A stretch of DNA of 58,257 bases from an uncultured Pseudomonadales bacterium (GTDB lineage: Bacteria > Patescibacteriota > Microgenomatia > UBA1400 > PJMF01), in NCBI GenBank assembly GCA_964653045.1, contig CAZZBW010000004.1, positions 1 through 58,257 on the forward strand, given 5' to 3'. Below are positions 18,176 to 27,401 of this stretch, piece by piece. Each line of letters begins with the position of its first letter. Position 1 is the stretch's first letter. A program made the position numbers and the translations under genes. The notes beneath the pieces were generated by a model that was not told where the DNA came from, did not search any database, and saw nothing but the letters and a program-made list of their open reading frames with translations.

Positions 18176-19847
18176 TGTGTTTTATAGCCATTATGATACC
18201 GGCCATCAGCCAATAGGTGTACGCGACTTTGGATGCTGCAAATACATCAATGTACAAAGCATTGATGAGAATACCGATGCTGCCGGCAGTAAATCCTAGG
18301 ACTAATGCCTGGGTAACTGGGTTTTTGAGTTTGAACAACATCCTTGCAGATGTGTAAAGGATATAAATGATTATTCCGTAGAAACTCAAAAACCCTAAGA
18401 TGCCAGTTTCACCCAGGGTTCTCAAGTAATTATTGTCGGTCCCGTCAGCAAAAGTAAACTCACTGACGTATTGTTTATTGAGTGTGGCATAGCCGGTACC
18501 GAGGAGAGGATTGTGTTGAAAAGATTGAATTGCCCAAGGCCAGAGTGATTCGAGGCGAATGCAGAGCGATAGCTCATATTTAAGAGCGCACTCGGAAAAA
18601 GTCCGAGGTTGGTGTAAAACTACAGACTTTTTGGTACCATCTGGCAAGGTGACTTCGGTCAAAACAGGTTCAGGTATGTCTTCGTAAACATCACGGGGGC
18701 GTTCAGGATTGATGTTAGCTTCGGATCCTGGTTTAACTGTTGTCGGTGGTTGATCGCTTGGTGCTGATACTTGTGCTAAGAGATTGTCATTTTCTGTGGG
18801 TGCCGGCTGAGATGATGTCGGCACCCCAGCTTGTTTTGGTAACCAAGCGTACAGTTCGTCAGAAGTGGGAATGGGCAAGTCATCGAGAGTTTTATCCAAA
18901 ATTTCAGAGAGATTGACCGGCTGGTCGCTGGTACTCAGGACATTACTCAAGCGGTCAAGCATACCTTGACCAAAATAATAGAGCAAGAAAAATAACATTA
19001 AACCGTAGCTTAATGAGTGAGAAAGCCAACTTAAAAGTCTATCTTTCCAGGTTTTTTTAAACCAACCAACCAACAAAATGACTACGGCGCAAGCCACGAT
19101 GTAAGCAAAAAAAGGAATACGGGAGGCTGACATCACCATTAGCCAACTGCCGCAAAAAAAGAGGACTATTGCTGCCCACTTGTAATACCTTTTTAAGGTT
19201 AAACCAATGCTGAAGATTAAAGGCAAAATGATGACTAAGTACGCCGCCAGGTCGTAATGACCGGCAAAGGTTGATTGGATCCGAGCGTTTTCGGTTAAAT
19301 AGAGCTTAATACCTTTACTAAACTCGCGATTCATGGTGGACCAAACCGGCCAATAATAAAACTTTTGCATATAGCCGTAAATAAAGATCGTGGCTAAAGT
19401 GCTAAGAATAATAAGTAGGAGTTTCAATAAGTCACGACGATTTTTGATCGCGGCAAAAGTAACCAGAAAGACCGAGAAATACTCAAGATAGCGAAAATAA
19501 TGAAGCATGGTTTTGCCTAGATGTAAAAGCTCTAGGGGTACAGTTTTTGTGATAAAAACGGCGCTCACTACCGAGAGTAAACCTACCAGAGCATAAAGGG
19601 CAAATAACTTAATAATCACAGGTTCAAACCGGGCTTTTTTTCGCAGAATTTGCACCAAGGTAATGGGAACAGCAATAGCGATTAATAAATCTTCAAGTCT
19701 GACTCTGACAATGTACTCCTCTATGGGGCTCCAAAGCGGAATTTTGGGATAGAGTGGGATAAAAACAAGAAGTAATCCTGCCAGAAAAAGCAAGATATGT
19801 TTGTCAAAGAACTGAAGTAGCTGATTGGTTTTCTTCGCTTTCGGCAT
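18153..19847 (-). CDS. O-antigen ligase/polymerase-like (Wzy_C-type) membrane protein with a long Pro/Ser/Thr-rich loop
   Basis: 564 aa, polytopic. The C-terminal NPLLGTGYATLN ... DNNYLRTLGETGILGF resembles the O-antigen ligase family signature. A low-complexity insert of about 130 aa lies between the TM blocks. Confidence 0.65.
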   Translation of the reverse strand: MPKAKKTNQLLQFFDKHILLFLAGLLLVFIPLYPKIPLWSPIEEYIVRVRLEDLLIAIAVPITLVQILRKKARFEPVIIKLFALYALVGLLSVVSAVFITKTVPLELLHLGKTMLHYFRYLEYFSVFLVTFAAIKNRRDLLKLLLIILSTLATIFIYGYMQKFYYWPVWSTMNREFSKGIKLYLTENARIQSTFAGHYDLAAYLVIILPLIFSIGLTLKRYYKWAAIVLFFCGSWLMVMSASRIPFFAYIVACAVVILLVGWFKKTWKDRLLSWLSHSLSYGLMLFFLLYYFGQGMLDRLSNVLSTSDQPVNLSEILDKTLDDLPIPTSDELYAWLPKQAGVPTSSQPAPTENDNLLAQVSAPSDQPPTTVKPGSEANINPERPRDVYEDIPEPVLTEVTLPDGTKKSVVLHQPRTFSECALKYELSLCIRLESLWPWAIQSFQHNPLLGTGYATLNKQYVSEFTFADGTDNNYLRTLGETGILGFLSFYGIIIYILYTSARMLFKLKNPVTQALVLGFTAGSIGILINALYIDVFAASKVAYTYWLMAGIIMAIKHNEFQTAA

Positions 19848-19857
19848 CAGGAATTCA

Positions 19858-20844
19858 TTATATCGTAATTAAAGTATCAAGTAAGCGGCGGTAGGTTTTG
19901 GCTTGGATAGGCCGATCAAGAATGGTAAACAGCTGTAATCTTAGCCAGCAGCCAACCACAACCATAGGATAAACGCTTCGCCAAAATCCTTCAGAATAAT
20001 GCTTAGTCAAAATGTACTTCAAGGATTTAACTTCGCCAAGTTTGGCTTCGATTTGGCTGGAGCTGGCTGAGCCGAGGTGAATGATCTCGGCTTGGGTGGC
20101 GATCGCGGTTCGCCACCCAAGCCGGGCAGCTCGCATGCATAGGTCCAAGTCTTCACCGTACATAAAGATCATTTCATCAAACCCACCTAGCTGTTGAAAC
20201 AACTCACGTTCAATTACCATCGCAGTGCCCCCGATCCAACCTCTGAGGACTAAGCCATCGTTTTTGTCGGAATTAATGTTTTTGGGCAGTTTTTTCTGCA
20301 GAGACGGAAAAAACTGCCCTACTAGAGGTAGGTCATCTAGCCCCAACCATTGGCAGGTAATACTTAACATACTGGGTAGATCGCCACCCTGATGTTGTTG
20401 TGTCCCATCGGGATTGAGTAATCGGGCGGCAGCCAAACCGAGTTTGTTAATCTGTGCAGTTTGAGTTTGAAAGGTTGAGAGCAATTGGTCGAGGCTACCT
20501 GATTTGACGATGGTGTCGGAGTTAAGAAACAGCAGGTACTTACCTTGAGCATTTTTGGCTGCATAATTATTTGCCTTACTAAAGCCCATGTTGAAGTTGG
20601 ATTTAAATAAAGCAAATTTTTGCCCCAAATTGGTTTTGTGAATGAGATTTTCAATTGTCACAGCCGATTGGTCGCGGGAAGCGTTGTCAACCACAAGAAT
20701 CTCAGTTTTATCCTTCAAACTTGGTGAGAAACTTATCTCGCTGATTAATGAGTTGAGGCAGTCGAGGGTAATTTGAGCGGTGTTGTAGGAAATAATGATG
20801 ACAGAAAGAGTAATGTCAGGAATACTCTGCTGGTTTGAGTTCAT
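19858..20844 (-). CDS. Glycosyltransferase family 2
   Basis: 328 aa. LSVIIISYNT, VVDNASRDQS, FLNSDT and YGEDLDLC motifs. Confidence 0.88.
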   Translation of the reverse strand: MNSNQQSIPDITLSVIIISYNTAQITLDCLNSLISEISFSPSLKDKTEILVVDNASRDQSAVTIENLIHKTNLGQKFALFKSNFNMGFSKANNYAAKNAQGKYLLFLNSDTIVKSGSLDQLLSTFQTQTAQINKLGLAAARLLNPDGTQQHQGGDLPSMLSITCQWLGLDDLPLVGQFFPSLQKKLPKNINSDKNDGLVLRGWIGGTAMVIERELFQQLGGFDEMIFMYGEDLDLCMRAARLGWRTAIATQAEIIHLGSASSSQIEAKLGEVKSLKYILTKHYSEGFWRSVYPMVVVGCWLRLQLFTILDRPIQAKTYRRLLDTLITI

Positions 20845-20907
20845 TCACTCATTATAAACATAACTATCGATTGATTAATATGGTGAGTTTTGATATAAGT
20901 CAAGAAT

Positions 20908-21240
20908 ATGAATGAACATCAACCAAATAGTCGAGAAAGAACTAAGCCCCCAAAAGTGACGCGTATTGATCAGAGAATAATGGGAATAATTGAGGGTATG
21001 CAAAGGGAAAAAGAAAAGAGGATTAGGAAGAATAATAAGGAACTCTTTCAGCGAAATTTTAAAGAAATGGGGCTGAAAGGAAGAGCTGTCGTCCGTGAAG
21101 ATGAGGATGCAAGAAAGCAAAGGTTTATTTATTCAGTTGGCGGTGTGGACCATGTATTATTTGTTGTAGATTTTGGGGTTAGGCTTGATTCTGCCGAAGT
21201 AAGAAGAAAGTTTGCTAACCTTCTCGTTCCACGATCATAG
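20908..21240 (+). CDS. Hypothetical small basic protein
   Basis: 110-aa ORF with an ATG start in an otherwise 415-bp gap. The composition looks protein-like (Arg/Lys/Glu-rich N-half, beta-like C-half). A competing minus-strand 81-aa ORF looks less protein-like. No motif recognised. Confidence 0.4.
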   Translation: MNEHQPNSRERTKPPKVTRIDQRIMGIIEGMQREKEKRIRKNNKELFQRNFKEMGLKGRAVVREDEDARKQRFIYSVGGVDHVLFVVDFGVRLDSAEVRRKFANLLVPRS

Positions 21241-21259
21241 ATTTTGCTTGAAAAGCTTC

Positions 21260-21838
21260 CTACTGAAACCAGCGGGCTCGACCGAGGCGGTAATTTAGTT
21301 CTCCCACCTTGCGCTCACCTATGGGTGTGGCGGGTACGCCAGCAACAATTTGCTTTGACGCTACGTTTTTGGTGACGACGGCGCCGGCGGCCACGACGGC
21401 GCCACGACCAATGGTCACGCCGGGAAGTATGATTACTCGTGGGCCAATAAACACATAATCTTCAATAGTTACAGCCTTTTCTTCAGCATGAAAATCATTC
21501 GAGTGGATATCATGTTGACTGGTCCAGATCATGACCTCAGATGCAATATCAACATGATTGCCAATTACTAAGCCGCCTTGTGAATTGGGTAGTTGTTTGC
21601 GGCCATCTAGAGTGGCGCGCTCGCCAATGATGGTGTCCGTGCCAATCTGAATGTGGCGCGGATCATAAATCCGCGCCATCATGTGAATTGTCGAGCCCGC
21701 ACCAATGGTCATTCCAAATAGGCGATAAAATAACCGTCGCGCGTGGTGAAACGGACAGTACCCCACCCCCCACCAGAGAAAACCAGTAATAAATTCCAAG
21801 TATATTGCACTCAGGCGACGAACGACTTTTTTTAACAT
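21260..21838 (-). CDS. Hexapeptide-repeat (LbH) acetyltransferase, WcaF/NeuD-like
   Basis: 192 aa. Left-handed beta-helix repeats ([13 protein letters not shown]..., [31 protein letters not shown]) after an N-terminal hydrophobic segment. Confidence 0.85.
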   Translation of the reverse strand: MLKKVVRRLSAIYLEFITGFLWWGVGYCPFHHARRLFYRLFGMTIGAGSTIHMMARIYDPRHIQIGTDTIIGERATLDGRKQLPNSQGGLVIGNHVDIASEVMIWTSQHDIHSNDFHAEEKAVTIEDYVFIGPRVIILPGVTIGRGAVVAAGAVVTKNVASKQIVAGVPATPIGERKVGELNYRLGRARWFQ

Positions 21839-21862
21839 AAATTTAATTTTAGCAGAGTTTGA

Positions 21863-22858
21863 TTAAAACCCGAGGTGTTTTTTGGCAATTTCTGTTACTA
21901 CCCGACCCTTGGGGGTGCGTTTGAGGAAACCAATTTGGAGTAGGTATGGCTCGATCACTTCTTCGATAGTGCCAGTGTCTTCGTTGAGAGTGGCGGCTAG
22001 GGTGGTTAGACCAACTGGGCCGCCACCATGATTTTTGATTAACTGCTCCAGGAGCATTTGGTCGTGTTGATCGAGGCCGAGCGAGTCGATCTGATACATA
22101 TCAAGTGCTTTGATGACAGTCGCAGCTGTGATTGCCTGAATGTGCTCAACCTGGGCGTAGTCGCGAATGCGTTTGAGCAGTTTGAGGGCAATGCGTGGTG
22201 TACCGCGGGCGCGTTGGCCGATGGCCAGCGCGCCAGGATTATCTAACTTGACACTCAGTTTGCGAGAGGCTTCGTCAATAATCGTCAGTAACTCCTCTGG
22301 TCGATAGTAATTCAAGCGATGGACGATGCCGAACCGGTCGCGAAACGGTCCGGCGAGCAAACCAAAGCGAGTGGTGGCTCCGACTAAGGTGAACTTGGGT
22401 AGATCAAGACGTAAAGTTCTGGCCGATGGACCTTTGCCAATCACAATATCTAGGGCAAAGTCTTCCATAGCGGGGTAAAGCGTTTCTTCAACAGGCTTAG
22501 GTAACCGATGAATTTCGTCAATAAACAGCACGTCACCCGGCTCCAGGCTCGTTAGGATCGCGGCAAGATCGCCAGTTTTACTGATGGCCGTCCCAGAAGT
22601 AACACGAATATTGACGCCCAACTCCTTGGCAATTAAGTGTGACAGCGTGGTTTTACCTAAGCCAGGAGGTCCATAAAGCAAGACGTGATCAAGAGCCTCG
22701 TGGCGTTCTTTGGTAGCTTGAATGGCAATCAGGAGCGCCTTTTTTAAGTTTTCTTGACCGCGAAACTGTTCCCAGCTCTGGGCACGCAGCGACGAAAACA
22801 ACATTTCTTCTTCGGGAGTTGAAACTTGGTTAAGCTCGTCGCTTATTTTCTTGGGCAT
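21863..22858 (-). CDS. ruvB: Holliday junction branch migration ATPase RuvB
   Basis: 331 aa. Walker A LLYGPPGLGKTTL, DVLFIDEIHRL, TLVGATTR and GTPRIALKLLKRIRD are typical RuvB motifs. Confidence 0.97.
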   Translation of the reverse strand: MPKKISDELNQVSTPEEEMLFSSLRAQSWEQFRGQENLKKALLIAIQATKERHEALDHVLLYGPPGLGKTTLSHLIAKELGVNIRVTSGTAISKTGDLAAILTSLEPGDVLFIDEIHRLPKPVEETLYPAMEDFALDIVIGKGPSARTLRLDLPKFTLVGATTRFGLLAGPFRDRFGIVHRLNYYRPEELLTIIDEASRKLSVKLDNPGALAIGQRARGTPRIALKLLKRIRDYAQVEHIQAITAATVIKALDMYQIDSLGLDQHDQMLLEQLIKNHGGGPVGLTTLAATLNEDTGTIEEVIEPYLLQIGFLKRTPKGRVVTEIAKKHLGF

Positions 22859-22981
22859 AATTACATCTGATGGAATACAGCAGATATGATAACACCTAAT
22901 TGAATTTTACAAATAGTTTACTAGTTTTGATCTATTCAAAAAAATATAAACAAACATTAACAACTCAATAAATATCATAAA

Positions 22982-23010
22982 TTGACAAAATAAAAGTTAT
23001 AGGGTAATAT
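22982..23010 (+). promoter_or_regulatory. Near-consensus sigma70-type promoter (TTGACA-N17-TAATAT) for the orphan gene between ruvB and ruvA
   Basis: TTGACA at 22982-22987, a 17-nt spacer, then TAATAT at 23005-23010. It lies within a very AT-rich 178-bp intergenic region, 27 nt upstream of the ATG at 23037. Confidence 0.5.
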
Positions 23011-23036
23011 TTGATTTGTTCCATAAGTGTAATTTT

Positions 23037-23984
23037 ATGAAGGGATATATGGCTAGAGGAAATTCAGAACGAGAAAGAATTGCGCAAACGGGTGAAAATG
23101 CAATATTATTTGAAAAACGAAAGCCGGAATTAAACGCTTTAGTTAGAGAATATGTCTTCGATTTGCTTAGAAAATGGTTTGGAGATAGTTTTGATTATAG
23201 TGTGAGCGTTGAGATATCAGAGTTAAAAATGTTTATTGGTGTGACTGCCACTATTCCATCTCTTCCTGATGTAACGGCATTCAAATTTGATGACGAATTC
23301 GCATTTGGTGATAATACTGACACTCTTTTTGAGTTGCTCCGAGATAATAACGATGAAGGATTAATTTATTTTCTTAATAGGATTGCTTTAGAGACATTGG
23401 GGAAAGGATATGGAAAATCTGGATTAGTTGGATGCGAGCCAGCCAAATCTGATACTCAAACACAAGGTGAAACACTCGGACTTGATTCATCTGAGCACCG
23501 GTCTTTAATAACTTCTAGAATGTGCCTTTCATTAGCAAAGGAATTAGAATCAAAGTGGAAGATTCCTACTCACGTTTTTAGGGCTAAAGTTCTAATCAAT
23601 GAAACTGGTTCGTTATCAATTGTTCTGGTATGGAGACAAAGCGGACAGAAAACAGGATTTGAGGTAACGGTGGAAGCTGCGGAGCTCAAGCTCGTTTATC
23701 AATCGGCTGATCAGCTTATTGAGCAAGTGACCACCAAGGTTCTTTTGGGAGGGTCTAATAATGATGTTGTTGAAAAAGAACCACTTTCTAGTGCTCCTGG
23801 CCTGATAGAGACAAACGTTAGGGACAATATTGTTTTGCAACTTATTCAATTAATATTGAGTGTACATAAAGTAAGACAATCGCGCCCAGCCCACCAAACT
23901 GACCTAAACACTGGATCCCAAGGTAGTAATGATGGACCAAAAGATTCAGTAATGCCAGAAAGTGATGCTGTGGTCAGTGAATAA
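23037..23984 (+). CDS. Hypothetical protein (orphan, AT-rich, inserted between ruvB and ruvA on the opposite strand)
   Basis: The ORF-track start 23016 is TTG and overlaps the predicted transcription start. ATG codons are at 23037 and 23049, the latter preceded by GAAGGGA. 315 aa with no recognisable motif and a disordered Ser/Pro/Gln-rich tail. Confidence 0.65.
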   Translation: MKGYMARGNSERERIAQTGENAILFEKRKPELNALVREYVFDLLRKWFGDSFDYSVSVEISELKMFIGVTATIPSLPDVTAFKFDDEFAFGDNTDTLFELLRDNNDEGLIYFLNRIALETLGKGYGKSGLVGCEPAKSDTQTQGETLGLDSSEHRSLITSRMCLSLAKELESKWKIPTHVFRAKVLINETGSLSIVLVWRQSGQKTGFEVTVEAAELKLVYQSADQLIEQVTTKVLLGGSNNDVVEKEPLSSAPGLIETNVRDNIVLQLIQLILSVHKVRQSRPAHQTDLNTGSQGSNDGPKDSVMPESDAVVSE

Positions 23985-24047
23985 GATTGAAATAACTGGC
24001 TTATTATTTCCTTTTGGCTCTGAGAATTAAGTTCAGCGCAATTGTTT

Positions 24048-24614
24048 TTACCGGTTAACTAGTTTTAGCGCTTGTTTGATTAACAATTCCAGCGGTTGGG
24101 AAAAATCAAGTAATTTAAGCCGGAGGAGCGCCTCTTGTTCCTCAAATCCAAGTGCTAACAGAGCATCGTACACCTCTTTTTGCTTGGGGTCAGTAATACT
24201 GCCTAGCTCAAGCTCGCGCAGGCTGCCGAGCTTACTCTTGAGCTCAATAATGATTTTTTGGGCTAATTTTTTGCCAACTCTGGGAGTTTTGGTGAAAAAT
24301 TGGACATCAGCTTGTTGGACTGCTTGGGTAATATTTTGAGCACCGCTTTCACTAATATTAAGGGCGGTTTTGGGACCGACACCACTGACAGTTAGGAGTA
24401 GCTCGAAAAGTTTCTTATCCGCTGTTTCAAGAAATCCGAACAGCTCGACTGCTTTGTCACTAATATGGGTGTAAATAAAAATCGAAACCTGGTCTTTACC
24501 ACTAAGTTTAGCTAAAACAGAGTGAGTTACGGCTACGGCGTAACCAACTCCATTGACATCCAAAATCAGTAAGTTTTCGTCGATAATTGGTTGACCGGTG
24601 AGGCGTGCAATCAT
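24048..24614 (-). CDS. ruvA: Holliday junction DNA helicase subunit RuvA
   Basis: 188 aa. MIARLTGQPI...LDVNGVGYAVAV OB domain, two HhH motifs (VSGVGPKTALNI; PRVGKKLAQKII) and a C-terminal domain III. Confidence 0.93.
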   Translation of the reverse strand: MIARLTGQPIIDENLLILDVNGVGYAVAVTHSVLAKLSGKDQVSIFIYTHISDKAVELFGFLETADKKLFELLLTVSGVGPKTALNISESGAQNITQAVQQADVQFFTKTPRVGKKLAQKIIIELKSKLGSLRELELGSITDPKQKEVYDALLALGFEEQEALLRLKLLDFSQPLELLIKQALKLVNR

Positions 24615-24633
24615 GGGCTGATCATAACAGATT

Positions 24634-25119
24634 TTAATGAAAACAGGCAGTGATCAAAATCGCCAGGGCATCGATGGTATCGTCAACAATCTTCTCCTTT
24701 TCTAATCGGAGTTGGAGGCGGACCATTTTTTCTAAAGCAATTTTGTCGGCTTGGCCGTCGCCAGCGACGGCCAACTTTATCTCATTGGGCGTGAGCTCAA
24801 TAATCTCCATTTGGGCGTTGAGCGCGGTGATGATGATCACCCCCCTAGCCTCTGAGACTTTGAGGGCGGTGGTTTTGTTTCGGGCAAAAAAAAGTTTCTC
24901 GATAGCCAAAATTTTGGGCGAGTGTTCTTGAATAATTTGCAGGACTTGATTTTGGATCTGGAAATAACGTTGGAATAACGATGCAGCTCGATCAGTCTGG
25001 ATTAAGCCGTGGGCTGTTGTAATTACTTGATTAGCTTGCTTATACCCGACTGCCCAACCAACCCGGTCGAAACCTGGGTCGATGGCTAAGATTAGTGGTG
25101 CATTGAGTCTACTTGGCAT
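24634..25119 (-). CDS. ruvC: Crossover junction endodeoxyribonuclease RuvC
   Basis: 161 aa. ILAIDPGFDRVGWAV (catalytic Asp), AIEKLFF and DDTIDALAI motifs of the RNase H-fold resolvase. The start overlaps the stop of the upstream GT4 gene by 11 nt. Confidence 0.9.
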   Translation of the reverse strand: MPSRLNAPLILAIDPGFDRVGWAVGYKQANQVITTAHGLIQTDRAASLFQRYFQIQNQVLQIIQEHSPKILAIEKLFFARNKTTALKVSEARGVIIITALNAQMEIIELTPNEIKLAVAGDGQADKIALEKMVRLQLRLEKEKIVDDTIDALAILITACFH

Positions 25120-26266
25120 GTTTGATTGCCTGACGGACGGCTTTTAGTACTACTTGGGCAGATTGTTCCCAGCTGTACTGTTTCACTTGTTCTTGAGCTT
25201 TTTTGCGCAACTGCATCCGTTCTAGATAATTTAGTCTAGTGACACGATCGAGCTGATTAGCAATTTTCACTGGACTGAAGGGAGGGACTTGAAAGCCGGC
25301 TTGCCCGACTGCTTCGGGCAAGCCGGCGGTATTGGCGACAATTGGGATGGTGCCGTATTGGAGCGCTTCAAGAGCTGGGATGCCAAAGCCTTCATACTGA
25401 CTAATCGAGATTGAACTCAAAGCGCGAGTTAGGAGTGCCGCTTTTTGTTGATCAGTCACGAACCCTAGGCGGACAATCTCGTTTTGGTACGGAGAGTTTT
25501 CCAGAGCGGTGAGGATAGGTTTGGCCAACCAGCCAACTTTGCCAGCCAGTACCAACTTAGGCAACTGAGGCAGTTGTTTGCTTGGTAGGAATTCTTTGGC
25601 ATAGATTTCGTAAGCCTTAATCAAGTTCAAAATATTTTTGCGTGGTTGGAGAGTACCAAGGTAGAGAAAAAATGGTTGATTAAGTTTAAAGGGACGGAGG
25701 ATTTGAGTGACTTGATTCTCGGTTAACTCGATTTTACGCTGCGTCGCCGGTGGCGCCACCAGAATGTCGGTCAATGGGCGATGATAATGCTGGTGGATTT
25801 CAGACTGAGTGAAGCGGCTGATAGCAATAATTTTTTGGGCTTGACGGATCGACCGGTTAGTACCGAGCGTTAGTTTGAGCCAATCTGCGAAAGTGAAGTT
25901 GCTCGGATAATGATGAAAACCCAAGTCCATAATTGAGACAACAGTAGGGATAGGTGAAACAAACGGTAAGTAGTGACCAGGTGAGTACAACACATCAAAC
26001 TCATCTGCGTGAGCAAATAAATACTTTGGGAATGCCCAGTAAACCCAAAATGATCGAGATGGAAGCACTTGATACTGCAAATTAGCTGAAGGTTTGGGTA
26101 GCTCGGGACGTGGCGGTTGCCGCAAAAAAACAGTGGCGCTGTAGCGGCTGGAATTGTCAATCAAGGGTTTCAACGCTTTGAGTAGTTCAAAAGCATAAAC
26201 ATTGCTCCCAACTCGGTTTGTGACGTTGGCTTCATTGCCGTCAATAACGATGCGAATTTTATCCAT
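25109..26266 (-). CDS. Glycosyltransferase family 4
   Basis: YEGFGIPALEALQYGTIPIVANTAGLPEAVG motif. The start was moved to the internal MDKIRIVIDGNEA (26266), which matches GT4 N-termini and gives an 8-nt overlap with the upstream gene. The ORF-track start is 26341. Confidence 0.85.
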   Translation of the reverse strand: MDKIRIVIDGNEANVTNRVGSNVYAFELLKALKPLIDNSSRYSATVFLRQPPRPELPKPSANLQYQVLPSRSFWVYWAFPKYLFAHADEFDVLYSPGHYLPFVSPIPTVVSIMDLGFHHYPSNFTFADWLKLTLGTNRSIRQAQKIIAISRFTQSEIHQHYHRPLTDILVAPPATQRKIELTENQVTQILRPFKLNQPFFLYLGTLQPRKNILNLIKAYEIYAKEFLPSKQLPQLPKLVLAGKVGWLAKPILTALENSPYQNEIVRLGFVTDQQKAALLTRALSSISISQYEGFGIPALEALQYGTIPIVANTAGLPEAVGQAGFQVPPFSPVKIANQLDRVTRLNYLERMQLRKKAQEQVKQYSWEQSAQVVLKAVRQAIKHAK

Positions 26267-27401
26267 GGTGGTCCGTATAAAAGTGATCAATACAAGTTTG
26301 GTAAGCAAGTAAAGTTTTTTCGGCAGTTGTTTGCCAGTCAAACAACTGCAAACGAATCACCATGCGTTGAGTACGCACGGCTTGTTCAGCTTCTGATTCG
26401 TTCAAGACCAACTCAATCCCAGCTTGAATGCTTGCCACTGATTCCGGATCAATCAGTACGGCAGCGTTTCCAGCCACCTCAACCATGGCGGATGAATTGC
26501 TGGTAATAACTGGACACCAGTGGTGAAATGCTTCCAGAATTGGCAAACCGAACCCTTCGAAAAGCGATGGGTAGACAAAAGCGGTCGCTTCAGTGTAAAG
26601 AATTGAGAGAACCCGATCGCTGACTCTGCCAAGATACTTGGGTTGATGTTGGTACTCTGCCGTTGGCTTGTTATCCCAGCCAGCCTCACCCACTACGACA
26701 AGGTCGACATATGGAGCAAACATCTGCCAAGCAGCGATTAAGCGAGCCAGATTTTTACGTGGCTCTCTGGTACCGACGAACAGCAGGAATGGTTTTTGGT
26801 CTAAGCCCAACTTGGCTTTAGTTTGGAGTAAGTCTGTTTCGCTTAGTTTGGCCGTTCTTTGAGTGAGTTCAGTGGGTAGTGCTTCATGGACTAAGTGGAC
26901 ACGGTAAGGAGGAATTTTGAGTAAGTTGATCACGTCAGCGCGAGTGGCGCGACTGACGGCAATCACATGGGCGCCGGAATCAACCAGCCGGCGCCATACC
27001 CGTTGATGCGCTGCTAGCGCTTTGGGATGGGCAACTTCAGGAAAGTGGAGCATGGCTAGGTCATGAATGGTTACGATTAAAGGAATATTTTTGTCTGGTG
27101 GCAGCTGCCACTCCCACCCATGAAAAATTTCTATGCCAGGTAGTTGGTGGGCGATTTGGTTGAAGCCAAATCGCCACAATTGATTAACCACTCCCACTGG
27201 TAATGCCTGAATTGACTCAATAAACGGCTCGGGTAATGTTTGATCAACAAGGTGGGACAGCAACTGTTTTTTACCAAAGCTGGAGCCGTAATAAGCTAGC
27301 TCCACTCCAGACATCTGTCCCAGCGCTCGAATCAAGTTGGCTGTGTAGCGCGACACGCCTCTTTGATAAATTAAGCTAGTGACGTCAAAACCAATTTTCA
27401 T
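26259..27401 (-). CDS. Glycosyltransferase family 4
   Basis: 380 aa. MKIGFDVTSL N-terminus and FEGFGLPILEAFHHWCPVITSNSSAMVEVAG motif. 4-nt overlap with the upstream GT-C gene. Confidence 0.85.
   Translation of the reverse strand: MKIGFDVTSLIYQRGVSRYTANLIRALGQMSGVELAYYGSSFGKKQLLSHLVDQTLPEPFIESIQALPVGVVNQLWRFGFNQIAHQLPGIEIFHGWEWQLPPDKNIPLIVTIHDLAMLHFPEVAHPKALAAHQRVWRRLVDSGAHVIAVSRATRADVINLLKIPPYRVHLVHEALPTELTQRTAKLSETDLLQTKAKLGLDQKPFLLFVGTREPRKNLARLIAAWQMFAPYVDLVVVGEAGWDNKPTAEYQHQPKYLGRVSDRVLSILYTEATAFVYPSLFEGFGLPILEAFHHWCPVITSNSSAMVEVAGNAAVLIDPESVASIQAGIELVLNESEAEQAVRTQRMVIRLQLFDWQTTAEKTLLAYQTCIDHFYTDHHG

Noticed and set aside
20875-21120. 81-aa minus-strand ORF competing with the 110-aa plus-strand ORF at 20908-21240.
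   Set aside because: Its translation (Phe/Ser/Leu/Ile-rich, no charge pattern) looks less protein-like than the plus-strand product. Neither is strongly supported, so only the plus-strand ORF is listed, at low confidence.
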